This document shows positions 1 through 8,885 of a stretch of DNA of 64,000 bases, piece by piece (position 1 is the stretch's first letter; every line of letters begins with the position of its first letter). Source of the DNA: Parcubacteria group bacterium. GTDB lineage: Bacteria; Patescibacteriota; Minisyncoccia; UBA6257; JACRHW01. The stretch spans positions 5,093 through 69,092 of the forward strand of contig JACRHW010000017.1 of NCBI GenBank assembly GCA_016217555.1, in the 5' to 3' direction. The notes under the pieces were generated by a model, which was not told the DNA's origin, did not search any database, and saw only the letters and a list, made by a program, of their open reading frames with translations. A program made the translations under genes and the position numbers.

Positions 1-1279
1 CGAGTCGGGATTGTTAAAAATAAAAGCGACACGGGTGGGAAGAGACTCTACACTCGAACGAATGGCAGAGCTTTTACGGCAGGCATCGATGCATAAGTCT
101 CATAGCGAAAAGCTTGCCGATCGGTTTGCGGGAATTTTTCTTCCTTTTGTTATCGTATTGGGAATTGTTACCTATTGGATAACGCACAATGTTTTTATGG
201 TTGCCTCATTGTTTCTTGTAGCATGCGCGGATGATATGGCAGTTGCTATTCCGCTTGCGATGACGGCCTCACTTGGATATGCAGCAAAACGTGGGGTCAT
301 TATAAAAGGCGGAGAGTGGCTTGGTGTACTTGGAAAGATAAAGACACTTGTGCTCGATAAAACAGGGACGCTTACGTATGGAGTGTTCGCAATTCAAGCG
401 GTGGATATTGAAAAGCATATTTCTGAGGAGCGATTTTTGCGTTTGGTGGGTAGGGCCGAAAAGTTTTCTGATCATCCTGTTGGCAAGACTATTTTTCGGT
501 CTGCTCTTCAAAAAATAGGTTCTCTTCCTGATCCAGAAGAAGTTAAAGCATACAAGGGGGGTGGAGTTTGGGCGCGTGTTGATGGTGTTGAAGTGGTGAT
601 AGGAAATGAGGCGATTCTTGAAGAACGAGGCATTGTTCTTCCCCACGGCGTCAAAACAAAACTGGAGGTGAGTCGTGAACGTTTCGGAGATACGGTGGTT
701 CTTATTTTCTTTGATGGCGAGTTTGCTGGTATGATCGCTGTTGCAGATGAACCTCGCGATGAAGCAAAAAGAAGTCTCTTGGCACTTAGGGAGATGGGAA
801 TTAGGAGCATCATGTTTACAGGAGACAATGAGCATGTAGCTTCACGAATTACAAACGCGCTTGGTGTGGATTCTTTTAAAGCATCTCTTTTTCCAGAAGA
901 TAAGGTGAGGGAGGTAGAATCTCTTGCAAAACAGGGGGTTGTCGCGATGGTAGGAGATGGAATAAATGATGCCCCATCGCTTGCCAGGGCAGATGTGGGT
1001 ATTGCGATGGGGAGCATAGGTACCGCTATTACTGTTGAAGCGGCAGATGTTGTTCTTCTCTCAGACAATCTTTCTCATATTCCCGAGTTAGTTCGGTTGG
1101 GGAAGAGAACTTCATCGGTCATTAAAGGAGATATGATCATTTGGCTTGTAACAAACTGTTTTGGTTTTATTATGGTGTTTACTGGCATTTTTGGTCCTAC
1201 TTTTGCGGCGCTCTATAATTTTCTTACTGATTTTCTTCCTCTCATAAATTCTGCACGACTGTTTCGTGACAAAGTATGA
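1..1279 (+). CDS. P1B-like P-type ATPase, C-terminal ~420 aa (5' end outside window)
   Basis: ORF open to window edge; DKTGTLT phosphorylation site, SDHP (SEHPL-type) motif, TGDN, GDGINDAP hinge; only two TM helices after the ATP-binding domain. Confidence 0.9.
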   Translation, partial: ESGLLKIKATRVGRDSTLERMAELLRQASMHKSHSEKLADRFAGIFLPFVIVLGIVTYWITHNVFMVASLFLVACADDMAVAIPLAMTASLGYAAKRGVIIKGGEWLGVLGKIKTLVLDKTGTLTYGVFAIQAVDIEKHISEERFLRLVGRAEKFSDHPVGKTIFRSALQKIGSLPDPEEVKAYKGGGVWARVDGVEVVIGNEAILEERGIVLPHGVKTKLEVSRERFGDTVVLIFFDGEFAGMIAVADEPRDEAKRSLLALREMGIRSIMFTGDNEHVASRITNALGVDSFKASLFPEDKVREVESLAKQGVVAMVGDGINDAPSLARADVGIAMGSIGTAITVEAADVVLLSDNLSHIPELVRLGKRTSSVIKGDMIIWLVTNCFGFIMVFTGIFGPTFAALYNFLTDFLPLINSARLFRDKV

Positions 1280-1323
1280 TATACTATAGATATGATAGAT
1301 ATGAGTAATAATAAAAAATAATT

Positions 1324-1800
1324 ATGTCATTTTTTCAAAAATTATTTTTGTTTTCAACCCGTGTAATAATGGGGTGGATGTTTTTTTATGCGGGATATAC
1401 AAAACTTGTTGATCCAAAATGGTCGGCTGAGGGGTATATCAAGGGGGCAAAGACATTTCATGGGTTTTATCAGATGCTTTTGTCTCCATCCCTACTCCCT
1501 GCTATCAATTTTATGAACGAATGGGGGCTTACCCTTCTCGGTGTTTCTCTTGTGTTGGGTGTCGGAGTCCGACTTAGTTCTTATTGCGGGGTATTACTAT
1601 TGGCACTTTATTATCTGGCGATTCTTCAGTTCCCATATCCAAATCCCCACGCCTATATTGTAGATGAGCACATCATTTATATAAGCGCTCTTTTGTTGCT
1701 TGCAAGTATGAAGGCGGGAAGGGTGTGGGGGCTTGAGACGTGGTGTTCAAAACTTCCCATTTGTAGGCGGTTTCCTCGTTTACGCGAATGGCTTGGATAG
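1324..1800 (+). CDS. DoxX-family small membrane protein
   Basis: 158 aa, about 4 TM helices, N-terminal MGWMFFYAGYTKL pattern typical of DoxX. Confidence 0.65.
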   Translation: MSFFQKLFLFSTRVIMGWMFFYAGYTKLVDPKWSAEGYIKGAKTFHGFYQMLLSPSLLPAINFMNEWGLTLLGVSLVLGVGVRLSSYCGVLLLALYYLAILQFPYPNPHAYIVDEHIIYISALLLLASMKAGRVWGLETWCSKLPICRRFPRLREWLG

Positions 1801-1825
1801 GGGATATGTAGCAGGGAGTAATTTA

Positions 1826-1850
1826 AAAACCACGCGTTGCGTGGTTTTTG
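1826..1850 (+). terminator. rho-independent terminator after DoxX gene
   Basis: aaccacgc-gttg-cgtggtt hairpin followed by T run. Confidence 0.7.
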
Positions 1851-1975
1851 TGTTTTATGATTTTTTAGGTGTTATACCATCCCTAACTAACCGGTTCCCT
1901 TTCCATGTCATTCTCACTTACGTCAGGAATGACAGAGAGACAAATGGAAAGAGAATGGGTTAATTGGAAATGGTA

Positions 1976-2908
1976 TTAGTGATGGGGGAGTTTTGGAACG
2001 AGTATATACATGAAATAGATAAGCCCTCCTGTGAGGCTGAAATAGTAGACGAGCCATTTTATTCTTGTGCTTCCGGAAATGATGTGGATTGGTTTTTCTT
2101 CTTTTTTGGGTAGTGTTTCGTGTCGGGTGTACTTAAATATCATGTAAAACAGGAAGTTAAGTAAGGTGACAAGTCCAATATCAAAGTTGTTTAGCCATGT
2201 GGGTTGGTTTCCGAAGCCCATAGACATGAGAACAATCATAATACATTCGCATACTATCCCAAGGATGAGCTTTGTGCGCGGGTGTATGTTAAAATCCGAT
2301 AATACAAGGACCCAGATGAGGAGCATCGATGGTTGCTTAAGAAGAACGGTAATACCAAGAAGTGTGAGCACGCCGATCCATTTAAACCATAGACCAATAA
2401 CCTTAGTAATTCTTCCGCCGTCGAGTGGGCTGAGTGGAATAAGGTTAAAGAGGTTAAGAAAGGCGGCAACATAGCTTAGGGCGAGGAAAAAGAGGTTTGT
2501 TGTCGGATTAAGGAGATATATTCCGTATGCCCCAAGAGCGGCGAGTGACCCCAAAAGTGGGCCACCATAGCCTACGAATGCTTCATCTTCTGGATGTTCG
2601 AAGGGTGGGGTGAAGATTGCTGCACCAAGAAAGGGGATAAAAATAGGTGCCGAGGTAGGAAGTCCTTTGATTTTGAGAGCAATAACATGCCCCATTTCGT
2701 GGATAAAAAGCATAACGACGAATCCAAGCGCAAACCACCATCCCCAGATAAAAGAATAGGAAAATACTGATACTATCATCGAAAGAATAAGCCAGAGAAC
2801 CTTCGTGAACTTAAGGAATTTCAACGCCTGAAGCGCCTTGAGGAGTTTTCCACCCTTGAAGACGATTGCAATAAAGGATCCAATAGGGGATCGTTTTTCT
2901 TGCATCAT
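1976..2908 (-). CDS. M50 (site-2 protease-like) membrane metalloprotease
   Basis: HEMGH (HExxH) in a TM helix plus NLFNLIPLSPLDGG (NxxPxxxLDG) motif; polytopic. Confidence 0.8.
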   Translation of the reverse strand: MMQEKRSPIGSFIAIVFKGGKLLKALQALKFLKFTKVLWLILSMIVSVFSYSFIWGWWFALGFVVMLFIHEMGHVIALKIKGLPTSAPIFIPFLGAAIFTPPFEHPEDEAFVGYGGPLLGSLAALGAYGIYLLNPTTNLFFLALSYVAAFLNLFNLIPLSPLDGGRITKVIGLWFKWIGVLTLLGITVLLKQPSMLLIWVLVLSDFNIHPRTKLILGIVCECIMIVLMSMGFGNQPTWLNNFDIGLVTLLNFLFYMIFKYTRHETLPKKEEKPIHIISGSTRIKWLVYYFSLTGGLIYFMYILVPKLPHH

Positions 2909-3058
2909 TTTGCCTCCATTTTTGTTTTCAAGAATCTAAGATAGGTGTACATGAAATCCTATGTGTTGTCAAAAACAGGAAGTGTGTAGATTTTTCCTTG
3001 TTTCGTGTGTTTCCTTTTGGTAAGATGAAGATATTATTAACAATAAGTATAATAGTAT

Positions 3059-3832
3059 ATGGAACAAAATATTAAAAATTATTTAGGTGTTGCAGGAATC
3101 ATTGCCATTCTTGCTGTGGCATATTCTAGTTATTCATATGTTGGGTCGTATGCGAGGTCAACAGATGTGAGGAGTTTTACGGTTTCAGCTGAAGGAAAAG
3201 CGATTGTATTGCCTGACGTAGCAAAATTTTCATTTAGTGTTATTACCGAAGGCGATAAGAACGTTGCTGACCTTCAGGGAGAAAATACAAAAAAAGTGAA
3301 CGACGCAATCAATTTTGTAATAGCGAAACACGTTGATAAAAAGGATATCAAAACCACAAATTATAATGTAACTCCTCGTTATCAGTATTCAAACTGTCCG
3401 CTTATGCAAAGCTCAAAACCATGTCCACCCCCATCAATCGCTGGATATACTATTTCCCAAGACGTTGAAGTTAGGGTTCGTGATTTCAGTGCAGTAGGGG
3501 ATATTCTTTCTGGTGTCGTGAGCAAGGGGGCTAATTCCGCTTCTGGGCTCTCTTTTACCGTAGATGATCAGACAAAGTATACGAATGAAGCACGTGCCGA
3601 GGCAATCCAAAAAGCGAAAGATCAGGCGAAGAGTATTGCACAGGCGGGTGGATTTCGATTGGGTCGTTTGGTATCGATACAAGAGGCGGGAGGGCAACAA
3701 CCATATGCGTATGATTCCTATGCTCCTAGTGGAATGATGAAGAGTTTTGCGGAGGTTGCGCCATCTCCTCGTATCGAGGCTGGTTCTAATGAAATAAAAA
3801 CATCCGTAACTCTTACCTACGAGATCGAGTAA
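3059..3832 (+). CDS. SIMPL (DUF541-like) secreted/periplasmic protein
   Basis: N-terminal TM/signal anchor, then FTVSAEGKAIVLPDVAKFSFSV... and C-terminal IEAGSNEIKTSVTLTYEI pattern typical of SIMPL/BP26-like proteins. Confidence 0.7.
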   Translation: MEQNIKNYLGVAGIIAILAVAYSSYSYVGSYARSTDVRSFTVSAEGKAIVLPDVAKFSFSVITEGDKNVADLQGENTKKVNDAINFVIAKHVDKKDIKTTNYNVTPRYQYSNCPLMQSSKPCPPPSIAGYTISQDVEVRVRDFSAVGDILSGVVSKGANSASGLSFTVDDQTKYTNEARAEAIQKAKDQAKSIAQAGGFRLGRLVSIQEAGGQQPYAYDSYAPSGMMKSFAEVAPSPRIEAGSNEIKTSVTLTYEIE

Positions 3833-4052
3833 CATCTATCTATTTTACGCATAGCTTTGTCAGAAACTACGTTTTTTATTCGCTGTACTGTCTTGTACAG
3901 CTCACAAAAAGCCTCGTTTCTTTCGCGCTCTGCATCAAAATATATAGATGTTATAGTATTTCCTGAGCTCGCCTGTGGTGAGTTTATCGAATCCATCGAG
4001 GACCCACTACTATTGTCCTATAAGCTATCAGCTAACACCTAAAAGCTAAACT

Positions 4053-4493
4053 ATGTTGAAACGACTTGCATTTGGGGCCACTCAATGGGTAGGCACCCCG
4101 CTTTCCATTCTTATACACACGCTGTTTTTTGTGGGTATTTTTGGTTTACGTTTTATTGGGATTGGTATTGATAGTATTCTCCTTATTCTCACGACGCTCG
4201 TCTCTCTTGAGGCTATCTATCTCGCTATTTTTATTCAGATGACGGTTAATCGGAGCATGGAGAGTCTGGCGGAGGTAGAGGACGATATCGAGAGTATCGA
4301 GGAGGAGGTGAAAGAGCTTGGTGATGACGTCGAGGATATTTCGGAGGATGTAAAGGGGCTTGAAAAGGATATGGATAAAATCCAGGAAGATGACGATGAT
4401 GATGAGAGTGCAACAAAAATGACACTCGAAAAGATTGAGGCAGGTCTCCAAAAGCTTCTCGCCGATATTGAACATCTCAAGAGTAAGCAATAA
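4053..4493 (+). CDS. small membrane protein (DUF1003 / low-affinity iron permease-like core) with acidic coiled-coil tail
   Basis: two TM helices ending in LAIFIQMTVNR (IQxxQNR-like) followed by a D/E-rich C-terminus. Confidence 0.4.
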   Translation: MLKRLAFGATQWVGTPLSILIHTLFFVGIFGLRFIGIGIDSILLILTTLVSLEAIYLAIFIQMTVNRSMESLAEVEDDIESIEEEVKELGDDVEDISEDVKGLEKDMDKIQEDDDDDESATKMTLEKIEAGLQKLLADIEHLKSKQ

Positions 4494-4497
4494 GGAT

Positions 4498-5100
4498 ATG
4501 GACATTACGCATTTCCTTCAGACGTTTGGATATATAGGTGTCACCAGTCTCCTTATTACAGAGACTGGTTTGCTTGTTGGGTTCTTTTTGCCAGGAGACA
4601 CCTTGTTGTTTGCGATGGGGATTCTTATTTCACAACATATTTTTAATTTTCCTACTGCATTTCTCTCGATTATTGCTGGGGCACTTATTGGAGATACACT
4701 GGGATATATTATTGGTCGCGTGGCGGGGCCAATGGTATTCGCTCGCAAGGATTCTTTGTTTTTTGATCGTACGCACATTGAGGCGACACGTGAGTTTTAT
4801 AAAAAGCATGGATCACTCGCTGCGCTTATTGGCCATTTTTTTCCTATCGTACGTACTGCAGTGCCTACTTTTGCAGGGATAGGGCGTATGCATTTCCCCC
4901 GTTTCTTTCTCTGTGATTGTGTAGGAATAATAGTATGGGCATTTTCTTTTGTCTCACTTGGCTATTATTTTGGTGCAGCCATTCCTCATCTTGATAAATA
5001 TCTCGAAAAGGTGCTTCTTGGTATCTTTTTCATCTCCCTTTTGCCGGGTATTGTGCATTTTGTAATCCACAAATCAAAACTGAAGAAGACGCAACTTTGA
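4498..5100 (+). CDS. DedA-family membrane protein
   Basis: FLPGDTLLFAMGIL and G(x)IxGDxxGYxxGR motifs; ATG at 4498 preferred over the upstream overlapping start in the ORF track. Confidence 0.85.
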   Translation: MDITHFLQTFGYIGVTSLLITETGLLVGFFLPGDTLLFAMGILISQHIFNFPTAFLSIIAGALIGDTLGYIIGRVAGPMVFARKDSLFFDRTHIEATREFYKKHGSLAALIGHFFPIVRTAVPTFAGIGRMHFPRFFLCDCVGIIVWAFSFVSLGYYFGAAIPHLDKYLEKVLLGIFFISLLPGIVHFVIHKSKLKKTQL

Positions 5101-5266
5101 CACAGCGTATTCAACTAGTTTAAAATAAGGACAATATCAATTTTTACATAATTTAGAAATAAATTAATTTTTAAAATTTATAGCAGAAGCATCAAAGGGC
5201 ATAGAAAAACCAAAAGAATCTCTCGTAGAAAAGGGCTTTAGTTGGCTTCTTAAGAAATTAAAATTA

Positions 5267-7744
5267 TTGTCTGAGAGTGATCTGAAATCAGAAGAGCGTG
5301 ATAATGAAGTACGAAAAGAAGGAGTTGTTTTTCAAGAAAAATTACGCGAACGAAATGAGTATGATGAAAAGCCTGATAGGGTTTTTGTTGTTTCTCGTGG
5401 CACGTTTGGGGAGTTTGAGGGGGCTATTACCAATCCAGAAGTATCATTGAAGGTTGGCGATCCAATCTTGTTAAAGAATCAAGAGGGAACAACGGTTGAT
5501 AGGCTAGTGACAGCGGAAGATGTTGAAAAACAACGCCTGATTAATAGCAATCGAGATTATCTTGGGGCTAAGGGTGGAGATCCTTTGCTTTGGGGCAGTG
5601 TTCAGGCTGAAGCCTGTAGTAAAAGAGCAGATGACATAAGCTCTAAATTATTAGAACTCCCTTCTTACAAAGGGGCTAATGCCAAGGAGCAAGTTGAATT
5701 AAGACAGATTTTTGGAGAGACTTCATCGCATATAGATAAGATGAAAGAGGACATGAAAGCTGAAAATGTTGAGAAGATGATTTCCGAGAAAATATTTTTT
5801 GGAAATGGGTCCGAAGAGGACGTTAAGAAATATAATTCTCTTCCGGAGGATCAAAAGAAGGCATTTAGAGAAGACAAGGTTAAGGATGTATTTTCTGGAA
5901 TAGCTGCGAAAGAAGTTGGAAAAATGAAACTTTCTGAAGAAGAGGCAATCCAAAAAATGGTAATAGAAGATATGGCAAAGCAGGGGAAGAATCCTACCAA
6001 AGAGGAGGTGTTGGATATTTTGAATGCTGGTGGTGGGGCTGGGAGGGTAGAGGCATTCGCTGAATTTAAGAGGAGGCAGCTGGAAGCAACAGAAAAAGAA
6101 AATATGTTTTGTGCGAATCAAGGAGATATTAAGGCGCTTGATCAGGCCCTCAAGGATTTAAATAATCCCGAGCTCAGTAAGGATAAAATTAAAGATGTTT
6201 TGCGCAAAATTAGTGGAAATTCTTTAAATGCTGCTGTTGATATTTCTTTCGCAAGGCAGGCAAAAAGAGATGGTTTTGATCGTGTATCAACTAAAGCTGC
6301 TGACCCGGAAATAATAGTACCACCAGTTGGTACGGATGGTACTTCTTCGTCGTGGATGCCGGGTGGGTATCCTGGAGAAAGGCATACTGTATCACCACTA
6401 CCACCCGAAGGGACACCGCCTCCATCATGGACTCCTGGTGGATATCCAGGAACTCGATATGATGTAAAGCCATTACCACCAGGAGGCCCAGGCCCTGGTC
6501 CGGATGGTCCTATTGGCCCAACGGGACCCGAAACCCCCCCCATTGGACCTCGTGGGCCAGAGAGAGTGGTATTTGTGCAGGATCTAAAAAATGAATACGA
6601 CCGATTGCGCGATGTATATATTATGGATCGTCGCGCAACGCGTGGAGCTGGTTTGGAGCGTGGAATTCTTGAGAGGGATAGAGCTGATATGGAACGCGCC
6701 AAGGAGGCGTATCTTGGTGCGCAGATGAGAGCTGCCATGGAGTCGGTGAGAAGCGCTACGGCAGGGATGGAGGGTGAGGAGGCCGCAAGGGCACAGACTG
6801 AGGCGCTTACAGCAATTGGACTTGATTTGAATACGCGACTTGATGCGCAATTCCTTCAAAGTGAACGCGAGCGTGAACCAAACGGATGGTATGCAAAATT
6901 TAATCGTTTTTGGATGAGTAAGGCGGGGAGTGCCGTGAAGGTGGTTGGTGGTGTTGGTTTAACCACAATCGGAGGATTCACGGGGTTGTTGCCGCTTGTT
7001 GGTCTTGGGACCACCATGGCTGCCTCTGGAATTGGGTGGGAGGCTGGTAAGGTTTGGAGCTTGGGAAGAAAAAACTGGGGAATGAATAAAATTAGGACGC
7101 CAGAAGAAATTGAACGCATGGCGCCAGAACAGGTAGATGTGGTGCTCAATTCTCAACGTGAACTTATGCGTAGGCAGGGTCGTGTGGATCCTGAACGCGT
7201 TGCTACGATACAAGCACTTGAGGCGCGACGTGATCAAATTCTACAAGAACGCATGAGGGAGCGTGTGCAACGCATGATTCTCGAGGAGGGCGGATTGTCG
7301 TCAGAGAATATCACACGAGCAACGACAGACGCGTTAAATCTTGAAAATGGTTCATTTCTAAGAACTGGTGAGGCGACAGATGAACGTGCTAGAGCTTGGG
7401 AGATACGAAGAAGGAAGATCGCTGGTATCGCGGGTGGTATAGGTGTCGGGCTTGCAAATTTGGCGGCTCAATGGGGTGCAGCCAGCGTCAATTTTGTAAA
7501 CGATGCGGCGACGCGTACTGCGATGAGAGCCGATTATAACAAGGATGGTGTTTGGAATTGGGTGAGAAATAATGGAAAAGAATATTGGGATACTGCGAGA
7601 CAAACATGGCATTCCACTGGTGGGACTGGTGGATTCTCTGGCGCAAAAGAAGTCATTCTCAATGTTCCAAATGAGGGCTTTGCATCATACTCATACCCTA
7701 GTCATCAATACCCGGCAGGATTCACCGAGGGTGTAACATTCTAA
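5267..7744 (+). CDS. hypothetical 825-aa protein: charged N-terminal half, tandem Pro-rich repeat, two Gly-rich hydrophobic segments
   Basis: long uninterrupted ORF (TTG start uncertain); repeat W-x-PGGYPG-x-R-x-x-V-x-PLPP twice; no family recognised. Confidence 0.6.
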   Translation: MSESDLKSEERDNEVRKEGVVFQEKLRERNEYDEKPDRVFVVSRGTFGEFEGAITNPEVSLKVGDPILLKNQEGTTVDRLVTAEDVEKQRLINSNRDYLGAKGGDPLLWGSVQAEACSKRADDISSKLLELPSYKGANAKEQVELRQIFGETSSHIDKMKEDMKAENVEKMISEKIFFGNGSEEDVKKYNSLPEDQKKAFREDKVKDVFSGIAAKEVGKMKLSEEEAIQKMVIEDMAKQGKNPTKEEVLDILNAGGGAGRVEAFAEFKRRQLEATEKENMFCANQGDIKALDQALKDLNNPELSKDKIKDVLRKISGNSLNAAVDISFARQAKRDGFDRVSTKAADPEIIVPPVGTDGTSSSWMPGGYPGERHTVSPLPPEGTPPPSWTPGGYPGTRYDVKPLPPGGPGPGPDGPIGPTGPETPPIGPRGPERVVFVQDLKNEYDRLRDVYIMDRRATRGAGLERGILERDRADMERAKEAYLGAQMRAAMESVRSATAGMEGEEAARAQTEALTAIGLDLNTRLDAQFLQSEREREPNGWYAKFNRFWMSKAGSAVKVVGGVGLTTIGGFTGLLPLVGLGTTMAASGIGWEAGKVWSLGRKNWGMNKIRTPEEIERMAPEQVDVVLNSQRELMRRQGRVDPERVATIQALEARRDQILQERMRERVQRMILEEGGLSSENITRATTDALNLENGSFLRTGEATDERARAWEIRRRKIAGIAGGIGVGLANLAAQWGAASVNFVNDAATRTAMRADYNKDGVWNWVRNNGKEYWDTARQTWHSTGGTGGFSGAKEVILNVPNEGFASYSYPSHQYPAGFTEGVTF

Positions 7745-7791
7745 GATAAAAATAGTCGAATATTATTATAATTTAATTTAAACTTTTAAAT

Positions 7792-8286
7792 ATGGCACAA
7801 CTAGTATTAAAAGAACTTATTGCGCGTTATCCGGAATTAAACCAAGATTTTTTCAAGGAGCTTGAGCTTGAAAATGTTCCTGAGGAGCAGAAAACTACAC
7901 TCATGGAGGCGTATTACGAAAATGTCGGAAGTCGTTTTATGGACACGGTTCTCACAGCACACTTAACTGATGAGCAAAAGAGTACATTGAGTGAAATTTT
8001 AGATCAGGAAAATGTAGACCAGGCTCCTGTCATTGATTTCTTGAATGAAAATGTTCCTGATTGGACAGAAATTCTGCAGGTACAAATGGCGCAGGCGAAG
8101 CTTGATTTGATGAATACCACAAAGCGTATTCAGGAGATGGCAAAACAGATTGTTGAGCAGCAGGCTCCAGCACAGCCCGCAGAGGCACCAATGCCAGTAG
8201 AGCCACAGCCTGTTGCTGTAGCGCCAGAGGAACCAAAACCAGCGGCCCCAGAACAGTCAGCACAGGAGCCAACACCGCTGCAGTAA
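7792..8286 (+). CDS. hypothetical acidic protein with Pro/Ala-rich tail
   Basis: 164-aa ORF directly after the 825-aa gene; no family recognised. Confidence 0.55.
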   Translation: MAQLVLKELIARYPELNQDFFKELELENVPEEQKTTLMEAYYENVGSRFMDTVLTAHLTDEQKSTLSEILDQENVDQAPVIDFLNENVPDWTEILQVQMAQAKLDLMNTTKRIQEMAKQIVEQQAPAQPAEAPMPVEPQPVAVAPEEPKPAAPEQSAQEPTPLQ

Positions 8287-8349
8287 CATTATTTGATTTG
8301 AATAGACAACAAAGCCCTTTTTCTAGGGTTTTGTGTTTTTGAGCTTAAA

Positions 8350-8404
8350 CTATGGGAGTTGAATTTCCATAGTTTTTGAATTTTGGTAATAGTTGTGATA
8401 GCAT
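8350..8404 (+). promoter_or_regulatory. conserved hairpin + promoter module, copy 1 (-35 TTGAAT 8376-8381, TGnTAGCAT extended -10 ending 8404)
   Basis: about 40 nt nearly identical to 11770-11823; 8-bp hairpin ctatggga/tttccatag; 17-nt spacer. Confidence 0.5.
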
Positions 8405-8441
8405 ATAACAATATGACGGTAGAAGATGTACAAAAAAAATA

Positions 8442-8699
8442 GTGCCTATTCTTGAGGAACATCGTGTAACTTACGCGGCTGTTTTTGGTAGTGTTGCACG
8501 TAATGAAGATACTCCCGAGAGCGATGTTGATTTGCTTGTTTGTTTACCTAGTCTAATGGGCATGTTTTCTTATATGCGTCTTATTCATGATCTTGAAACT
8601 TGTCTTAATAGAAAGGTAGATGTGGTAACGGAACAAAGTCTTAATAAATTTGTGAAGCCATACATAAAAGCCGATCTCAAAGTAATTTATGAAGGATGA
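8442..8699 (+). CDS. MNT-type nucleotidyltransferase (antitoxin of HepT/MNT pairs)
   Basis: FGSVARNEDTPESDVDLLV = GSxxRG..x..SDxD nucleotidyltransferase motif; GTG start. The better ATG at 8413 is out of frame by one base at an A8 run. Confidence 0.8.
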   Translation: MPILEEHRVTYAAVFGSVARNEDTPESDVDLLVCLPSLMGMFSYMRLIHDLETCLNRKVDVVTEQSLNKFVKPYIKADLKVIYEG

Positions 8700-8845
8700 T
8701 AGGGTATATATTGAACAGATATTAGAGGCAGTTGGTAAGATAAGGCAGTTTACCGAAGGAATAAACATGGAAGGATATTGCTGGTTTTCGTGATCGAGCA
8801 ATCCATGATTATTATCAAATCTTCCCGTCCTCGCAGATCATTTGA
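8699..8845 (+). pseudogene. HepT (DUF86) toxin remnant with internal deletion/frameshift
   Basis: N-terminal DRVYIEQILEAVGKIRQFTEGI (frame 1) then, in another frame, DIAGFRDRAIHDYYQI (Rx4HxY active-site motif); about 70 codons between them are missing. Confidence 0.7.
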
Positions 8846-8885
8846 GTAGGCAATATTATTTTTAGTACAGGGTGTTTGGGTCAAC

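Noticed and set aside
3857-4042. 61-aa ORF between the SIMPL gene and the 4053 gene
   Set aside because: It spans repeat-like sequence (cctgagctcgcc...tcgaatccatcgagg and aaagcta words). It has no SD and an atypical composition, so it is probably non-coding.
6142-6738. 198-aa minus-strand ORF in the Pro-rich region
   Set aside because: It is a shadow ORF created by the GC-rich CCN/GGN repeat region of the + strand 825-aa gene.
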